Below are positions 43,897 to 55,514 of a stretch of DNA of 64,000 bases, piece after piece; position 1 is the first letter of the stretch; every line of letters starts with the position of its first letter. The stretch lies in sequence record OY720021; one strand, 5' to 3'. The translations under genes and the position numbers were made by a program. Below the pieces are notes generated by a model. It searched no databases and was not told where the DNA came from. It was given only the letters and a program-made list of their open reading frames with translations. The DNA comes from Escherichia phage vB_Eco_Solly.

Positions 43897-46800
43897 ATGG
43901 CCGAGATTAAAAGAAAGTTCAGAGCAGAAGACGGTCTGGACGCAGGTGGCGATAAAATAATCAACGTAGCTTTAGCTGATCGTACCGTAGGAACTGACGG
44001 TGTTAACGTTGATTACTTAATTCAAGAAAACACAGTTCAACAATACGATCCAACTCGTGGATATTTAAAAGATTTTGTAATCATTTATGATAACCGCTTT
44101 TGGGCTGCTATAAATGATATTCCAAAACCAGCAGGAGCTTTTAATAGCGGACGCTGGAGAGCATTACGTACCGATGCTAACTGGATTACGGTTTCATCTG
44201 GTTCATATCAATTAAAATCCGGTGAAGCTATTTCGGTTAACACTGCAGCTGGAAATGACATCACGTTTACTTTACCATCTACTCCAATTGATGGTGATAC
44301 TATCGTTCTCCAAGATATTGGAGGAAAACCTGGAGTTAACCAAGTTTTAATTGTAGCTCCAGTGCAAAGTATTGTAAACTTTAGAGGTGAACAAGTACGT
44401 TCAGTACTAATGACTCATCCAAAGTCACAGCTAGTTTTAATTTTTAGTAATCGTCTGTGGCAAATGTATGTAGCTGATTATAGTAGAGAAGCTGTAGTTG
44501 TAACACCAGCGAATACTTATCAAGCGCAATCTAATGATTTTATCGTACGTAGATTTACTTCTGCTGCACCAATTAATGTCAAACTTCCAAGATTTGCTAA
44601 TCATGGCGATATTATTAATTTCGTCGATTTAGATAAACTAAATCCACTTTATCATACAATTGTTACTACATACGATGAAACGACTTCAGTACAAGAAGTT
44701 GGAACTCATTCCATTGAAGGCCGTACATCGATTGACGGTTTCTTGATGTTTGATGATAATGAGAAATTGTGGAGATTGTTTGACGGGGATAGTAAAGCAC
44801 GTTTACGCATTATAACGACTAATTCTAATATTCGTCCAAACGAAGAAGTTATGGTATTTGGTGCGAATAACGGAACAACTCAAACAATTGAGCTTCAGCT
44901 TCCTACTGATATCTCTGTTGGTGATACTGTTAAAATTTCCATGAATTACATGAGAAAAGGACAAACAGTTAAAATCAAAGCTGCCGGTGAAGATAAAATT
45001 GCTTCTTCAGTTCAATTGCTGCAATTCCCAAAACGTTCAGAATATCCGCCTGAAACTAAATGGGTAACTGTTCAAGAATTAGTTTTTAACGGTGAAACTA
45101 ATTATGTTCCAGTTTTACAGCTTGCTTATATAGAAGATTCTGATGGAAAATACTGGGTTGTACAGCAAAACGTTCCAACTGTAGAAAGAGTAGATTCTTT
45201 AAATGATTCTACTAGAGCAAGATTAGGCGTAATTGCTTTAGCTACACAGGCTCAAGCTAACGTCGATTTAGAAAATTCTCCACAAAAAGAATTAGCAATT
45301 ACTCCAGAAACATTAGCTAACCGTACTGCTACAGAAACTCGTAGAGGTATCGCAAGAATAGCAACTACTGCTCAAGTGAATCAGAACACCACATTCTCTT
45401 TTGCAGATGACCTTATCATTACTCCTAAAAAGCTGAATGAAAGAACTGCTACAGAAACTCGCAGAGGTGTTGCAGAAATTGCTACTCAGCAAGAAACAAA
45501 CGCAGGAACAGATGATACAACCATCATTACTCCTAAAAAGCTTCAAGCTCGTCAAGGTTCTGAATCATTATCCGGTATTGTAACTTTTGTATCTACCGCG
45601 GGAGCTACTCCAGCTTCTAGTCGTGAATTAAATGGTACAAACGTTTATAATAAAAACACTAATAATTTAGTTGTTTCGCCTAAAGCTCTAGATCAGTATA
45701 AAGCTACTCCAACGCAACAAGGTGCAGTAATTTTAGCAGTTGAAAGTGAAGTAATTGCTGGTCAAAGTCAAGAAGGATGGGCAAATGCTGTTGTAACGCC
45801 AGAAACGTTACACAAAAAGACATCAACTGATGGAAGAATTGGTTTAATTGAAATTGCTACGCAAAGTGAAGTTAATACAGGAACTGATTATACTCGTGCA
45901 GTCACTCCTAAAACTTTAAATGACCGTAGAGCAACTGAAAGTTTAAGTGGTATAGCTGAAATTGCTACGCAAGTTGAATTCGACGCAGGCGTCGACGATA
46001 CTCGTATCTCTACACCATTAAAAATTAAAACCAGATTTAATAGTACTGATCGTACTTCTGTTGTTGCTCTATCTGGATTAGTTGAATCAGGAACTCTCTG
46101 GGACCATTATACCCTTAATATTCTTGAAGCAAATGAGACACAGCGTGGTACACTTCGTGTAGCTACACAGGTTGAAGCTGCTGCAGGAACATTAGATAAT
46201 GTTTTAATAACTCCTAAAAAGCTTTTAGGTACTAAATCTACCGAATCGCAGGAAGGTGTTATTAAAGTTGCAACTCAGTCTGAAACTGTGACTGGAACGT
46301 CAGCAAATACTGCTGTATCTCCAAAAAATTTAAAATGGATTGTGCAGAGTGAACCTACCTGGGCAGCTACTACTGCGGTAAGAGGTTTTGTTAAAACTTC
46401 ATCTGGTTCAATTACGTTCGTTGGTAATGATACAGTCGGTTCTACCCAAGATTTAGAACTGTATGAGAAAAATAGCTATGCAATATCACCATATGAATTA
46501 AACCGTGTATTAGCAAATTATTTGCCATTAAAAGCAAAAGCTGCTGATACAAATTTATTGGATGGTCTAGATTCATCTCAATTCATTCGTAGGGATATTG
46601 CACAGACGGTTAATGGTTCACTAACCTTAACCCAACAAACGAATCTGAGTGCCCCTCTTGTATCATCTAGTACTGCTACGTTTGGTGGATCAGTTTCGGC
46701 AAATAGTACATTAACTATTTCTAATACTGGAACGGCAACTCGTCTGATTTTTGAGAAAGGACCTCAAACTGGAACTAACCCAGCGCAGACGATGACTATC

Positions 46801-47766
46801 AGAGTTTGGGGAAATCAGTTTGGTGGTGGATCAGATACAACACGTTCTACTGTATTTGAAGTTGGTGATGAAACATCTAATCACTTTTATTCTCAACGTA
46901 ATAAAGCTGGTAATATTACGTTTAGCATTAATGGTACTGTGATGCCAATAAATGTTAACGCTTCCGGTTCATTGAATGCGAATGGCGTTGCAACATTTGG
47001 TAGTTCAGTTACTGCTAATGGTGAATTCATCAGCAAGTCTGCAAATGCTTTCAGAGCAATAAACGGTGATTATGGATTCTTTATTCGCAACGATGCTGCT
47101 AACACCTATTTCATGCTTACTGCATCGGGTGATCAGACTGGCGGATTTAATGGATTACGTCCTTTAGCTATTAACAATCAGTCCGGTCAAGTAACGATTG
47201 GTGAAAGCTTAATCATTGCCAAAGGTGCTACTATAAATTCAGGTGGTTTAACTGTTAACTCGAGAATTCGTTCTCAGGGTACTAAAACCGCTGATTTATA
47301 CACCCGTGCACCGACATCTGATACTGTAGGATTCTGGTCAATCGATATTAATGATTCAGCTACTTATAACCAATTCCCGGGTTATTTTAAAATGGTTGAA
47401 AAAACTAATGAAGTGACTGGACTTCCATACTTAGAACGTGGCGAAGAAGTTAAATCTCCTGGTACATTGACTCAGTTTGGTAACACACTTGATTCGCTTT
47501 ACCAAGATTGGATTACTTATCCAACGACTCCAGAAGCACGTACCACTCGCTGGACACGTACATGGCAGAAAACCAAAAATTCTTGGTCGAGTTTTGTTCA
47601 GGTATTTGATGGAGGTAACCCTCCTCAGCCGTCTGATATCGGTGCTTTGCCATCTGATAATGCTACAATGGGGAATCTTACTATTCGTGATTTCTTACGA
47701 ATTGGTAATGTTCGCATTATTCCTGACCCAGTGAATAAATCTGTTAAATTTGAATGGATTGAATAA
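43897..47766 (+). CDS. 34: Long tail fibre proximal subunit gp34
   Basis: 1289 aa; internal ~37-aa repeats; late promoter at 43855..43862. Confidence 0.85.
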   Translation: MAEIKRKFRAEDGLDAGGDKIINVALADRTVGTDGVNVDYLIQENTVQQYDPTRGYLKDFVIIYDNRFWAAINDIPKPAGAFNSGRWRALRTDANWITVSSGSYQLKSGEAISVNTAAGNDITFTLPSTPIDGDTIVLQDIGGKPGVNQVLIVAPVQSIVNFRGEQVRSVLMTHPKSQLVLIFSNRLWQMYVADYSREAVVVTPANTYQAQSNDFIVRRFTSAAPINVKLPRFANHGDIINFVDLDKLNPLYHTIVTTYDETTSVQEVGTHSIEGRTSIDGFLMFDDNEKLWRLFDGDSKARLRIITTNSNIRPNEEVMVFGANNGTTQTIELQLPTDISVGDTVKISMNYMRKGQTVKIKAAGEDKIASSVQLLQFPKRSEYPPETKWVTVQELVFNGETNYVPVLQLAYIEDSDGKYWVVQQNVPTVERVDSLNDSTRARLGVIALATQAQANVDLENSPQKELAITPETLANRTATETRRGIARIATTAQVNQNTTFSFADDLIITPKKLNERTATETRRGVAEIATQQETNAGTDDTTIITPKKLQARQGSESLSGIVTFVSTAGATPASSRELNGTNVYNKNTNNLVVSPKALDQYKATPTQQGAVILAVESEVIAGQSQEGWANAVVTPETLHKKTSTDGRIGLIEIATQSEVNTGTDYTRAVTPKTLNDRRATESLSGIAEIATQVEFDAGVDDTRISTPLKIKTRFNSTDRTSVVALSGLVESGTLWDHYTLNILEANETQRGTLRVATQVEAAAGTLDNVLITPKKLLGTKSTESQEGVIKVATQSETVTGTSANTAVSPKNLKWIVQSEPTWAATTAVRGFVKTSSGSITFVGNDTVGSTQDLELYEKNSYAISPYELNRVLANYLPLKAKAADTNLLDGLDSSQFIRRDIAQTVNGSLTLTQQTNLSAPLVSSSTATFGGSVSANSTLTISNTGTATRLIFEKGPQTGTNPAQTMTIRVWGNQFGGGSDTTRSTVFEVGDETSNHFYSQRNKAGNITFSINGTVMPINVNASGSLNANGVATFGSSVTANGEFISKSANAFRAINGDYGFFIRNDAANTYFMLTASGDQTGGFNGLRPLAINNQSGQVTIGESLIIAKGATINSGGLTVNSRIRSQGTKTADLYTRAPTSDTVGFWSIDINDSATYNQFPGYFKMVEKTNEVTGLPYLERGEEVKSPGTLTQFGNTLDSLYQDWITYPTTPEARTTRWTRTWQKTKNSWSSFVQVFDGGNPPQPSDIGALPSDNATMGNLTIRDFLRIGNVRIIPDPVNKSVKFEWIE
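45200..46320 (+). repeat. Array of ~111-bp (37-codon) repeats inside gene 34
   Basis: Recurrent TPxxLxxRTATE(T/S)xRG(I/V)AxIATQ motif, at least 8 copies. Confidence 0.7.
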
Positions 47767-47774
47767 GAGGTATT

Positions 47775-48890
47775 ATGGAAAAATTTATGGCAGAGTTTGG
47801 ACAAGGATATGTCCAAACGCCATTTTTATCGGAAAGTAATTCAGTAAGATACAAAATAAGTATAGCGGGTTCTTGCCCGCTTTCTACTGCAGGACCATAC
47901 GTTAAATTTCAAGATAATCCTGTTGGAAGTCAAACATTTAGCGCAGGTCTTCATCTAAGAGTTTTTGACCCTTCTACAGGAGCATTAGTTGATAGTAAGT
48001 CATATGCTTTTTCGACTTCAAATGATACTACATCAGCTGCTTTTGTTAGTTTCATGAATTCTTTGACGAATAATCGAATTGTTGCTATATTAACTAACGG
48101 AAAGGTTAATTTTCCTCCTGAAGTAGTATCTTGGTTAAGAACCTCCGGAACGTCTGCTTTTCCATCTGACTCTATATTGTCGAGATTTGATGTATCATAT
48201 GCTGCTTTTTATACTTCTTCTAAAAGAGCTATCGCATTAGAACATGTTAAATTAAGTAACAGAAAAAGCACAGATGATTATCAAACTGTATTAGATGTAG
48301 TATTTGATAGTTTAGAAGATGTTGGAGCGACAGGATTTCCTAAAAGAACATACGAAAGCGTTGAGCAATTTATGTCAGCTGTTGGTGGAACTAATAACGA
48401 AATTGCGCGTTTACCGACTTCATCAGCGATAAGTAAACTATCTGACTACAATTTAATTCCTGGCGATGTTCTTTATCTTAAAGCACAACTATATGCTGAT
48501 GCCGATTTACTTGCGCTTGGAACTACAAATATATCTATCCGTTTTTATAATGCATCGAATGGATATATTTCCTCGACACAAGCTGAGTTTACTGGGCAAG
48601 CTGGGTCATGGGAATTAAAGGAAGATTATGTAGTTGTTCCAGAAAATGCAGTTGGATTTACGATATATGCACAAAGAACTGCTAAAGCTGGCCAAGGTGG
48701 CATGAGAAATTTAAGCTTTTCTGAAGTATCAAGAAACGGCGGAATTTCAAAACCTGCTGAATTTGGCGTCAATGGTATTCGAGTTAATTATGTCTGTGAA
48801 TCTGCTTCACCTCCGGATATAATGGTACTTCCTACACAAGCATCGTCTAAAACTGGTAAAGTGTTTGGGCAAGAATTTAGAGAAGTATAA
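47775..48890 (+). CDS. 35: Long tail fibre hinge protein gp35
   Basis: 371 aa; immediately after gene 34. Confidence 0.8.
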   Translation: MEKFMAEFGQGYVQTPFLSESNSVRYKISIAGSCPLSTAGPYVKFQDNPVGSQTFSAGLHLRVFDPSTGALVDSKSYAFSTSNDTTSAAFVSFMNSLTNNRIVAILTNGKVNFPPEVVSWLRTSGTSAFPSDSILSRFDVSYAAFYTSSKRAIALEHVKLSNRKSTDDYQTVLDVVFDSLEDVGATGFPKRTYESVEQFMSAVGGTNNEIARLPTSSAISKLSDYNLIPGDVLYLKAQLYADADLLALGTTNISIRFYNASNGYISSTQAEFTGQAGSWELKEDYVVVPENAVGFTIYAQRTAKAGQGGMRNLSFSEVSRNGGISKPAEFGVNGIRVNYVCESASPPDIMVLPTQASSKTGKVFGQEFREV

Positions 48891-48893
48891 ATT

Positions 48894-48920
48894 GAGGGAG
48901 CCTTCGGGTTCCCTTTTTCT
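48894..48920 (+). terminator. Intrinsic terminator after gene 35
   Basis: GAGGGAGCC-TTCG-GGTTCCC followed by TTTTTCTTT. Confidence 0.7.
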
Positions 48921-48921
48921 T

Positions 48922-48929
48922 TATAAATA
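48922..48929 (+). promoter_or_regulatory. Late promoter TATAAATA for gene 36
   Basis: Exact TATAAATA 24 nt upstream of gene 36 ATG, downstream of hairpin. Confidence 0.7.
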
Positions 48930-48952
48930 CTATTAAAATAAAGGGGCATACA

Positions 48953-49615
48953 ATGGCTGATTTAAAAGTAGGTTCAACAACCGGAGGCTCTGTCATTTGG
49001 CATCAAGGAAATTTTCCATTGAATCCAGCCGGTGACGATGTACTCTATAAATCATTTAAAATATATTCAGAATATAATAAACCACAAGCTGCTGATAACG
49101 ATTTCGTTTCTAAAGCTAATGGTGGTACTTACGCCGCGACTGTTCGATTTAATGGAGGAGTACATGTTCCTACTATAGGTAGTAGTCAACAGTGCGGTGT
49201 TTATCCGGGTAACGGTGATGCAGCTACTTTTGCTATGGCAAATATTGACATCGTTTCGTGGAATGGTATTGGTTTTAAATCATCACAAGGTTCAGCAGAC
49301 CGAACTGTTGTAATTAATGCACGTAATGGTGATATTAGTACAAAAGGCGTTGTGACAGCAGTAGGTCAAATAAGAAGTAATGCAGTTTCTCCTGTATCAG
49401 CAAATGACCTTACTAGAAAGGACTATGTTGATGGAGCAATAAATACTGTTACGGCAAATGCGAACTCTAGAGTGTTACGATCTGGTGACACTATGACGGG
49501 AAACTTAACCGCACCAAACTTTTTTTCGCAGAATCCTGCATCTCAACCTTCACACGTTCCACGATTTGACCAAATCGTAATTAAGGATTCTGTTCAAGAT
49601 TTCGGCTATTATTAA
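48953..49615 (+). CDS. 36: Long tail fibre distal connector gp36
   Basis: 220 aa; late promoter 48922..48929. Confidence 0.8.
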   Translation: MADLKVGSTTGGSVIWHQGNFPLNPAGDDVLYKSFKIYSEYNKPQAADNDFVSKANGGTYAATVRFNGGVHVPTIGSSQQCGVYPGNGDAATFAMANIDIVSWNGIGFKSSQGSADRTVVINARNGDISTKGVVTAVGQIRSNAVSPVSANDLTRKDYVDGAINTVTANANSRVLRSGDTMTGNLTAPNFFSQNPASQPSHVPRFDQIVIKDSVQDFGYY

Positions 49616-49623
49616 GAGGACTT

Positions 49624-52600
49624 ATGGCTACTTTAAAACAAATACAATTTAAAAGAAGCAAAACCGCAGGTGCACGTCCTGCTGCTTCAGTATTAGCCGA
49701 AGGCGAATTGGCTATAAACTTAAAAGATAGAACAATTTTTACTAAAGATGATTCAGGAAATATCATTGATTTAAGCATTTCCGCTGGCGGTAATATCAGT
49801 GGAAATATCACACAAACTGGAGATTATTTACAGAACGGTACATACAATCTCAATGGAAATCAGTTTGTTTATGCAGGAAAATATATTGAATTTTTACCTA
49901 AAACAGCTGGTAATGGTGCGTGGGCAAATCAACACCTAAATAAAGCTCCTATCTTTACAGATTTAAGTTCAACTACTTCTATTTCAGAATATCATCCACT
50001 CATTAAGCAACGCTATAAAGATGGAACTTTTTCAGCGGGTACATTGGTTGCTGAAGGAAGTTTTAAGATTCATTACATCAATGAATCTGGGGATTCGAAA
50101 TATTGGACTTTTAATCGTAATGGTAATTTCCAAGTTGACACAGGCGATTTATTTGTCAGCAAAGGTAATATTTCCGCTTCAGGCAATATTAATTCAGCTA
50201 CTGGAATAGTTTCTGCTCCACAGATTAATACAAAAACCATAGTTTTTGATACAAAGGCATTCGGACAATACGATTCGCAGTCATTAGTTCAATATGTTTA
50301 TCCTGGAACAGGTGAAGAAAATGGTATAAACTATCTTCGTAAAGTTCGAGCTAAATCAGGCGGAACTATTTATCATGAAATCGCTTCAGCTCAAACTGGT
50401 AAGAATGATGAAATTTCTTGGTGGACCGGAAATACACTTACTACTAAATTAATGGGTCTTCGTAATGATGGAGCAATGGTATTACGTCGTTCACTTGCTA
50501 TTGGCACAATTACTGCTGACGAAAATACTAACAACTATGGTTCTCCTACTCCAATGGGAGAAAGATATATTGCTTTGGGCGATGCCGCCACTGGTTTAAA
50601 ATACGTCAAGCAGGGTGTTTATGATTTAGTAGGTAATTGGAATTCTGTTGCTTCTATCACTCCTGACAGTTTCCGTAGTACTCGTAAAGGTATATTTGGT
50701 CGTTCCGAGGACCAAGGCGCAACTTGGATAATGCCTGGTACAAATGCTGCTCTCTTGTCTGTTCAAACCCAAGCTGATAATAACAATGCTGGAGACGGAC
50801 AAACCCATATCGGGTACAATGCTGGCGGTAAAATGAACCACTATTTCCGTGGTACAGGTCAGATGAATATCAATACCCAACAAGGTATGGAAATTAACCC
50901 GGGTATTTTAAAATTGGTAACTGGCTCTAATAAAGTACAGTTTTATGCTGACGGCGGTATTACATCTGTTAAGCAGCTTTCAATATATAATGGCGTATAT
51001 TTAGCAGCTAATAATTCTACTGCTGGGCTAACATTCGCTCCAACTACTACAGTTGATGGCACTAAGCAAATTTTGTGGGAAGGTGGTACTCGTGCTGGGC
51101 AGAATAAAAGCTACGTAACTGTTAAAGCATGGGGTAATTCATTTAACGCATCCGGCGATCGTACTCGTGAAACTGTATTTGAAGTTAGTGACGGGCAAGG
51201 ATATTATTTTTATTCACAGCGTTTGGCTCCAAGTGGCTCTGAAACTACTGGGCCTGTTGTAACCCAGTTCAATGGACAAGTTAATGCTAGAGGGAGCATT
51301 ATCACCGATGGAAGTCTTAGAGTTAATGGATTAAGTACATTATCCGGACAAGTTACTATGGATAACGGGCTTGTTTTATCCGGCGGTGGTTCTATTACCG
51401 GTCAAGTTAAAATTGGTAATACCGTAGATGCTTTCCGTATTTACAATGCTGAATATGGAGCTATTTTCCGTCGTTCTGAAGCGTCTTTGCATATTATACC
51501 TACACTTAAAGATGCAGGTGAAAGTGGCGGTATTTCTAACCTTCGCCCATTGAGCATCTCACTTAACAATGGTATGGTTCAAATGCGCCATTCTGTTACG
51601 TTAGGTGATGATGGTGCAGGCGGTAATATGGTGACGGTTGATAATGATTCTAAAGTTATGGTAATGACGACTAATAGCCGTATTAGTCCTAACTTCCGTA
51701 TGCAAATTGGACAGTCGTCTTATATTGATGTGGAATGTACTGATGCTGTGAGACCTGCTGGAGCCGGTTCTTTTGCTTCACAAAATAATGAAAATGTACG
51801 TGCGCCGTTCTATATGAATATTGATAGAACTGATACTAGTACATATGTTCCTATTGTGAAACAAAGATACGTTCAAAATAATAGTTGCTATTCTATTGGT
51901 ACTTTAATTAATGGTGGTAACTTTAGAGTTCATTATCACGAAGGTGGTGACGGCGTTTCTACTGGCGCAATTATAAAGGATTTAGGTTGGGAATTTAATA
52001 AAAACGGTGATTTTTATTCTCCTGGTAAATTAGGCGCTGGTAATGTTCGTATTGGTACGGATGGTAATATCACTGGCGGTTCATTACCTAACTTTGCTAA
52101 CTTGAACTTGACATTAGACCGTAAAGTCAATACCCGAATGGTTTCTTATTCAGGTACTGGCGGTTGGTATAAATTAGCCACTGTAACAATGCCACAATCC
52201 ACTTCAACCGTCACATTCGAAATTGCTGGTGGTAATGGATATAATATCAACATCCCACACCAATGCGTTACTTCGAAAATCGTTTTAAGAACTTCGAACA
52301 ATAACCCGAAAGGTATTAACGCTGTTGTTTGGTCGATGGATACCGATCAGGGTATTAAGAATGTTGCAACGGTTAATACATCAGGCGATGTTTATGACAT
52401 CTATGTAAACGTTGGTACTTATGCTCAGGCGTTAGCAGTTTCTTATTATGCTACTCCTAATGCTACCATTAATCAGATATTTGCAACGGACCAACCGGGT
52501 GCAACAGAAACTGCGGTTGAACTTCCTGAGACGGCTATTCAAGGACAGGTTGCTAGTGTTCTGAACAACTTGGCTCCTACCCCTAACGGTGTGAAGCGTT

Positions 52601-53571
52601 ATGAAGCCGATTCTGAAATAGCTATTAATAGCCAAACCGGTATTCGTATCAGAAGCAATGCCGATAAAACTGGTTCTGTGGCTACAATGTTACGAAATGA
52701 CGGCGGTAGTTTTTATATTCTGTTTACAGATAAAAATGACACCGATGGCGCAGCAACTGTTAATGGTGATTGGAATAGTAAACGTCCTTTCGCAATTAAC
52801 TTAACAACCGGCGAAGTGATGATGAATAATGGCATAGCTGTTCGCAGCGCTGCTTTATTCTATAATAGCATAAACGTCAAAGATAATGGTTCTATTAACT
52901 TTGATAAATCAGGTGCTAACCCGAGAAATATGAGAATATTTCATGCTGGCGATGCTTCTCGCGGTAACCGTATTGAAATTGCCGATGAAACTAACTATAT
53001 TGCTTACTTTGAAAAGACTCCAGGTGGAGCTAACCGCTTTGTAGTAAATAATGCTACTGTAGCTGGTGTTAACCAAATGAATTCATTTGGTATTAATATC
53101 AATAACGCACTTGGTGGAAATAGTATAGCATTTGGTGATAATGATACCGGAATTAAACAATCCGCTGACGGAGTTCTTGATATCATTACTAATGCCGCAC
53201 GCCGAATGAGATTCCGAACGGGTGACACTTATTCTGACATGAATATAAATGCCCCAAACGTTTATATTCGTTCTGATATTCGTTTGAAATCTAATTTCAG
53301 ACCTATTGAAAATGCTCTTGAAAAGGTTGAACAGCTTGATGGTTTAATCTATGATAAAGCTGACTATATAGGCGGTGAAATTGTTCAAACTGAAGCGGGT
53401 ATTGTGGCTCAAACACTGCAAGATGTTTTACCAGAAGCAGTTCGTGAAGTTGAAGATATTAAGGGTAATAAAATACTCACTGTTTCTTCTCAATCCCAGA
53501 TTGCTCTTCTGGTTGAAGCTGTGAAAACACTTTCTTCTCGTGTAAAAGAACTTGAATCTAAACTTATGTAA
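49624..53571 (+). CDS. 37: Long tail fibre distal subunit gp37 with C-terminal intramolecular-chaperone-like domain
   Basis: 1315 aa; shares motifs with gp34; C-terminal ~99 aa begin SDIRLK and end in a heptad-like coiled-coil segment. Confidence 0.85.
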   Translation: MATLKQIQFKRSKTAGARPAASVLAEGELAINLKDRTIFTKDDSGNIIDLSISAGGNISGNITQTGDYLQNGTYNLNGNQFVYAGKYIEFLPKTAGNGAWANQHLNKAPIFTDLSSTTSISEYHPLIKQRYKDGTFSAGTLVAEGSFKIHYINESGDSKYWTFNRNGNFQVDTGDLFVSKGNISASGNINSATGIVSAPQINTKTIVFDTKAFGQYDSQSLVQYVYPGTGEENGINYLRKVRAKSGGTIYHEIASAQTGKNDEISWWTGNTLTTKLMGLRNDGAMVLRRSLAIGTITADENTNNYGSPTPMGERYIALGDAATGLKYVKQGVYDLVGNWNSVASITPDSFRSTRKGIFGRSEDQGATWIMPGTNAALLSVQTQADNNNAGDGQTHIGYNAGGKMNHYFRGTGQMNINTQQGMEINPGILKLVTGSNKVQFYADGGITSVKQLSIYNGVYLAANNSTAGLTFAPTTTVDGTKQILWEGGTRAGQNKSYVTVKAWGNSFNASGDRTRETVFEVSDGQGYYFYSQRLAPSGSETTGPVVTQFNGQVNARGSIITDGSLRVNGLSTLSGQVTMDNGLVLSGGGSITGQVKIGNTVDAFRIYNAEYGAIFRRSEASLHIIPTLKDAGESGGISNLRPLSISLNNGMVQMRHSVTLGDDGAGGNMVTVDNDSKVMVMTTNSRISPNFRMQIGQSSYIDVECTDAVRPAGAGSFASQNNENVRAPFYMNIDRTDTSTYVPIVKQRYVQNNSCYSIGTLINGGNFRVHYHEGGDGVSTGAIIKDLGWEFNKNGDFYSPGKLGAGNVRIGTDGNITGGSLPNFANLNLTLDRKVNTRMVSYSGTGGWYKLATVTMPQSTSTVTFEIAGGNGYNINIPHQCVTSKIVLRTSNNNPKGINAVVWSMDTDQGIKNVATVNTSGDVYDIYVNVGTYAQALAVSYYATPNATINQIFATDQPGATETAVELPETAIQGQVASVLNNLAPTPNGVKRYEADSEIAINSQTGIRIRSNADKTGSVATMLRNDGGSFYILFTDKNDTDGAATVNGDWNSKRPFAINLTTGEVMMNNGIAVRSAALFYNSINVKDNGSINFDKSGANPRNMRIFHAGDASRGNRIEIADETNYIAYFEKTPGGANRFVVNNATVAGVNQMNSFGININNALGGNSIAFGDNDTGIKQSADGVLDIITNAARRMRFRTGDTYSDMNINAPNVYIRSDIRLKSNFRPIENALEKVEQLDGLIYDKADYIGGEIVQTEAGIVAQTLQDVLPEAVREVEDIKGNKILTVSSQSQIALLVEAVKTLSSRVKELESKLM

Positions 53572-53572
53572 A

Positions 53573-53600
53573 AGAGGGCTTCGGCCCTCTAAGGATTTTT
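53573..53600 (+). terminator. Hairpin between genes 37 and 38
   Basis: AGAGGGC-TTCG-GCCCTCT directly after gene 37 stop; weak T-tract. Confidence 0.5.
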
Positions 53601-53601
53601 A

Positions 53602-54387
53602 ATGGCAATTGTAGGTGTTCCTGGCTGGATTGGCGAATCTGCCGTGAATGAAACTGGACAACGTTGGATGGATGCTGCGATGAGAGCAGTTCGTGTTTCA
53701 GTTCCCGGTTGGATGAGTTCAATGGCTGGGCAATCTAAAGAAGTATATTATAGCATTGGTGCTAGTAATTCTTATAATAAAGATACATTAATAAACTGGA
53801 TAAAAGCACAAGGGTCCACGCCTGTTGTTATTACTATTACAGGAAATATTGTTTCTCAATCTACTGGTGTTCCATGCTTAGATTTTCCTAGCTCATTAAC
53901 TAATGCATACGTGACACTTAATATCAATTCAGGCGTGCACGTTTGGGGCCGTGGCGGGAATGGCGGAAATAACTCTGCCGGTGGAGCAGGAGGAACTGCA
54001 ATAAATAATGGAATTGGAACTAGATTGCGTATTAACAACAATGGTGTTATCGCAGGAGGCGGTGGAGGCGGTGGAGGCGGATATTATTCTCCTTTTTCAC
54101 AAATGAGATTAACCTTTGGCGGCGGTGGTGGGCGTCCGTTTGGTGCTGCCGGTGGGTCTGCTAATATGGAACAGGGTGCTACTGCTGGTACTATTTCTGC
54201 ACCAGGTAAAGGGTCTGTCAACGGTATCTATAATGGCGGGAATGGTGGTGATGCCGGAGCCGCAGGAGGTAAATGTAATATTCGCGGTCAAGGATCAGAA
54301 TATAACGGCGGTGCGGCCGGTAAAGCTGTTACTGGTAATGCTCCAACTTGGACTAAGGTTGGTACAATATACGGTTCAAGAGTATAA
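53602..54387 (+). CDS. 38: Receptor-recognising adhesin gp38, T2-type with glycine-rich motifs
   Basis: 261 aa; N-terminal attachment region then poly-Gly blocks separated by variable segments. Confidence 0.85.
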   Translation: MAIVGVPGWIGESAVNETGQRWMDAAMRAVRVSVPGWMSSMAGQSKEVYYSIGASNSYNKDTLINWIKAQGSTPVVITITGNIVSQSTGVPCLDFPSSLTNAYVTLNINSGVHVWGRGGNGGNNSAGGAGGTAINNGIGTRLRINNNGVIAGGGGGGGGGYYSPFSQMRLTFGGGGGRPFGAAGGSANMEQGATAGTISAPGKGSVNGIYNGGNGGDAGAAGGKCNIRGQGSEYNGGAAGKAVTGNAPTWTKVGTIYGSRV

Positions 54388-54419
54388 TTTTTGAATAAAT
54401 ATCCTTAAAAGGAGGGTCT

Positions 54420-55076
54420 ATGGCAGCACCTAGAATATCATTTTCGCCCTCTGATATTCTATTTGGTGTTCTAGATCGCTTGTTCAAAGATAACGCTACC
54501 GGGAAAGTTCTTGCTTCCCGGGTAGCTGTCGTAATTCTTTTATTTATGATGGCGATTGTTTGGTATAGGGGAGATAGTTTCTTTGAGTACTATAAGCAAT
54601 CAAAGTATGAAACATACAGTGAAATTATTGAAAAGGAAAGAAATGCACGCTTTGAATCTGTCGCCCTGGAACAACTCCAGATAGTTCATATATCATCTGA
54701 GGCAGACTTTAGTGCGGTGTATTCTTTCCGCCCTAAAAACTTAAACTATTTTGTTGATATTATAGCATACGAAGGAAGATTACCTTCAACAATAACTGAA
54801 AAATCACTTGGAGGATATCCTGTTGATAAAACTATGGATGAATATATAGTTCATTTAAATGGACGTCATTATTATTCTGACTCAAAATTTGCTTTTTTAC
54901 CAACTAAAAAGCCTACTCCCGAAATAAACTACATGTACAGTTGTCCATATTTTAATTTGGATAATATCTATGCTGGAACGATAACCATGTACTGGTATAG
55001 AAATGATCATATAAGTAATGACCGCCTTGAATCAATATGCGCTCAGGCGGCCAGAATATTAGGAAGGGCTAAATAA
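54420..55076 (+). CDS. t: Holin T
   Basis: 218 aa; single N-terminal TM segment (VAVVILLFMMAIVWY) and large periplasmic domain. Confidence 0.85.
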   Translation: MAAPRISFSPSDILFGVLDRLFKDNATGKVLASRVAVVILLFMMAIVWYRGDSFFEYYKQSKYETYSEIIEKERNARFESVALEQLQIVHISSEADFSAVYSFRPKNLNYFVDIIAYEGRLPSTITEKSLGGYPVDKTMDEYIVHLNGRHYYSDSKFAFLPTKKPTPEINYMYSCPYFNLDNIYAGTITMYWYRNDHISNDRLESICAQAARILGRAK

Positions 55077-55349
55077 TTATTTGTTCGTATACATCTCTAG
55101 ATATCGATATACACCCTCAAAACCCTCGTTGAATTCGTCGATGAGGGTTTTCTTATCTTCTTGAGTTAATTCAGAAACAATTTTACGGAATGAATTCTGA
55201 TTTAATTTTCTACCTTCATGCGTTACTCCAATCTCATTCAGAAATGCAATAAAATTAGCACGATTCTCAACAATATCTTCTCTGGAAAATTTAATCAAAA
55301 TAGACGCAACAGTAATAATTTCACGAACTGTATCAATGTTTTTATTCAT
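55077..55349 (-). CDS. asiA: Anti-sigma-70 factor AsiA
   Basis: 90 aa convergent with t. Confidence 0.85.
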   Translation of the reverse strand: MNKNIDTVREIITVASILIKFSREDIVENRANFIAFLNEIGVTHEGRKLNQNSFRKIVSELTQEDKKTLIDEFNEGFEGVYRYLEMYTNK

Positions 55350-55361
55350 TAACTATACCAC

Positions 55362-55514
55362 TCAATTAGTTGACTTTGTTATAATATCATCAGACGCTTG
55401 ATTTGTAAACTGGTCTGTGTTATTTTCTTCAAAAATTTTTTCTACGAATTCCTTGAACGACTTACGTTCCTGAGCTACATTATGCTCGATTACTTTTTCA
55501 AGATTATGACTCAT
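55362..55514 (-). CDS. Small ORF (about 50 aa) between arn and asiA, below ORF-track threshold
   Basis: Manual translation MSHNLEKVIEHNVAQ...; ATG overlaps arn stop; contains the asiA early promoter. Confidence 0.3.
   Translation of the reverse strand: MSHNLEKVIEHNVAQERKSFKEFVEKIFEENNTDQFTNQASDDIITKSTN

Noticed and set aside
53573-53600. Hairpin after gene 37 as a hard terminator isolating gene 38
   Set aside because: T-tract after the stem is weak and gene 38 has no promoter of its own, so read-through from gene 36/37 is more likely.
54030-54300. Poly-glycine-coding GGN repeats in gene 38 as a possible simple-sequence repeat or CRISPR-like array
   Set aside because: In frame within gp38 and encoding the glycine-rich motifs of T2-type adhesins; no repeat-spacer periodicity.
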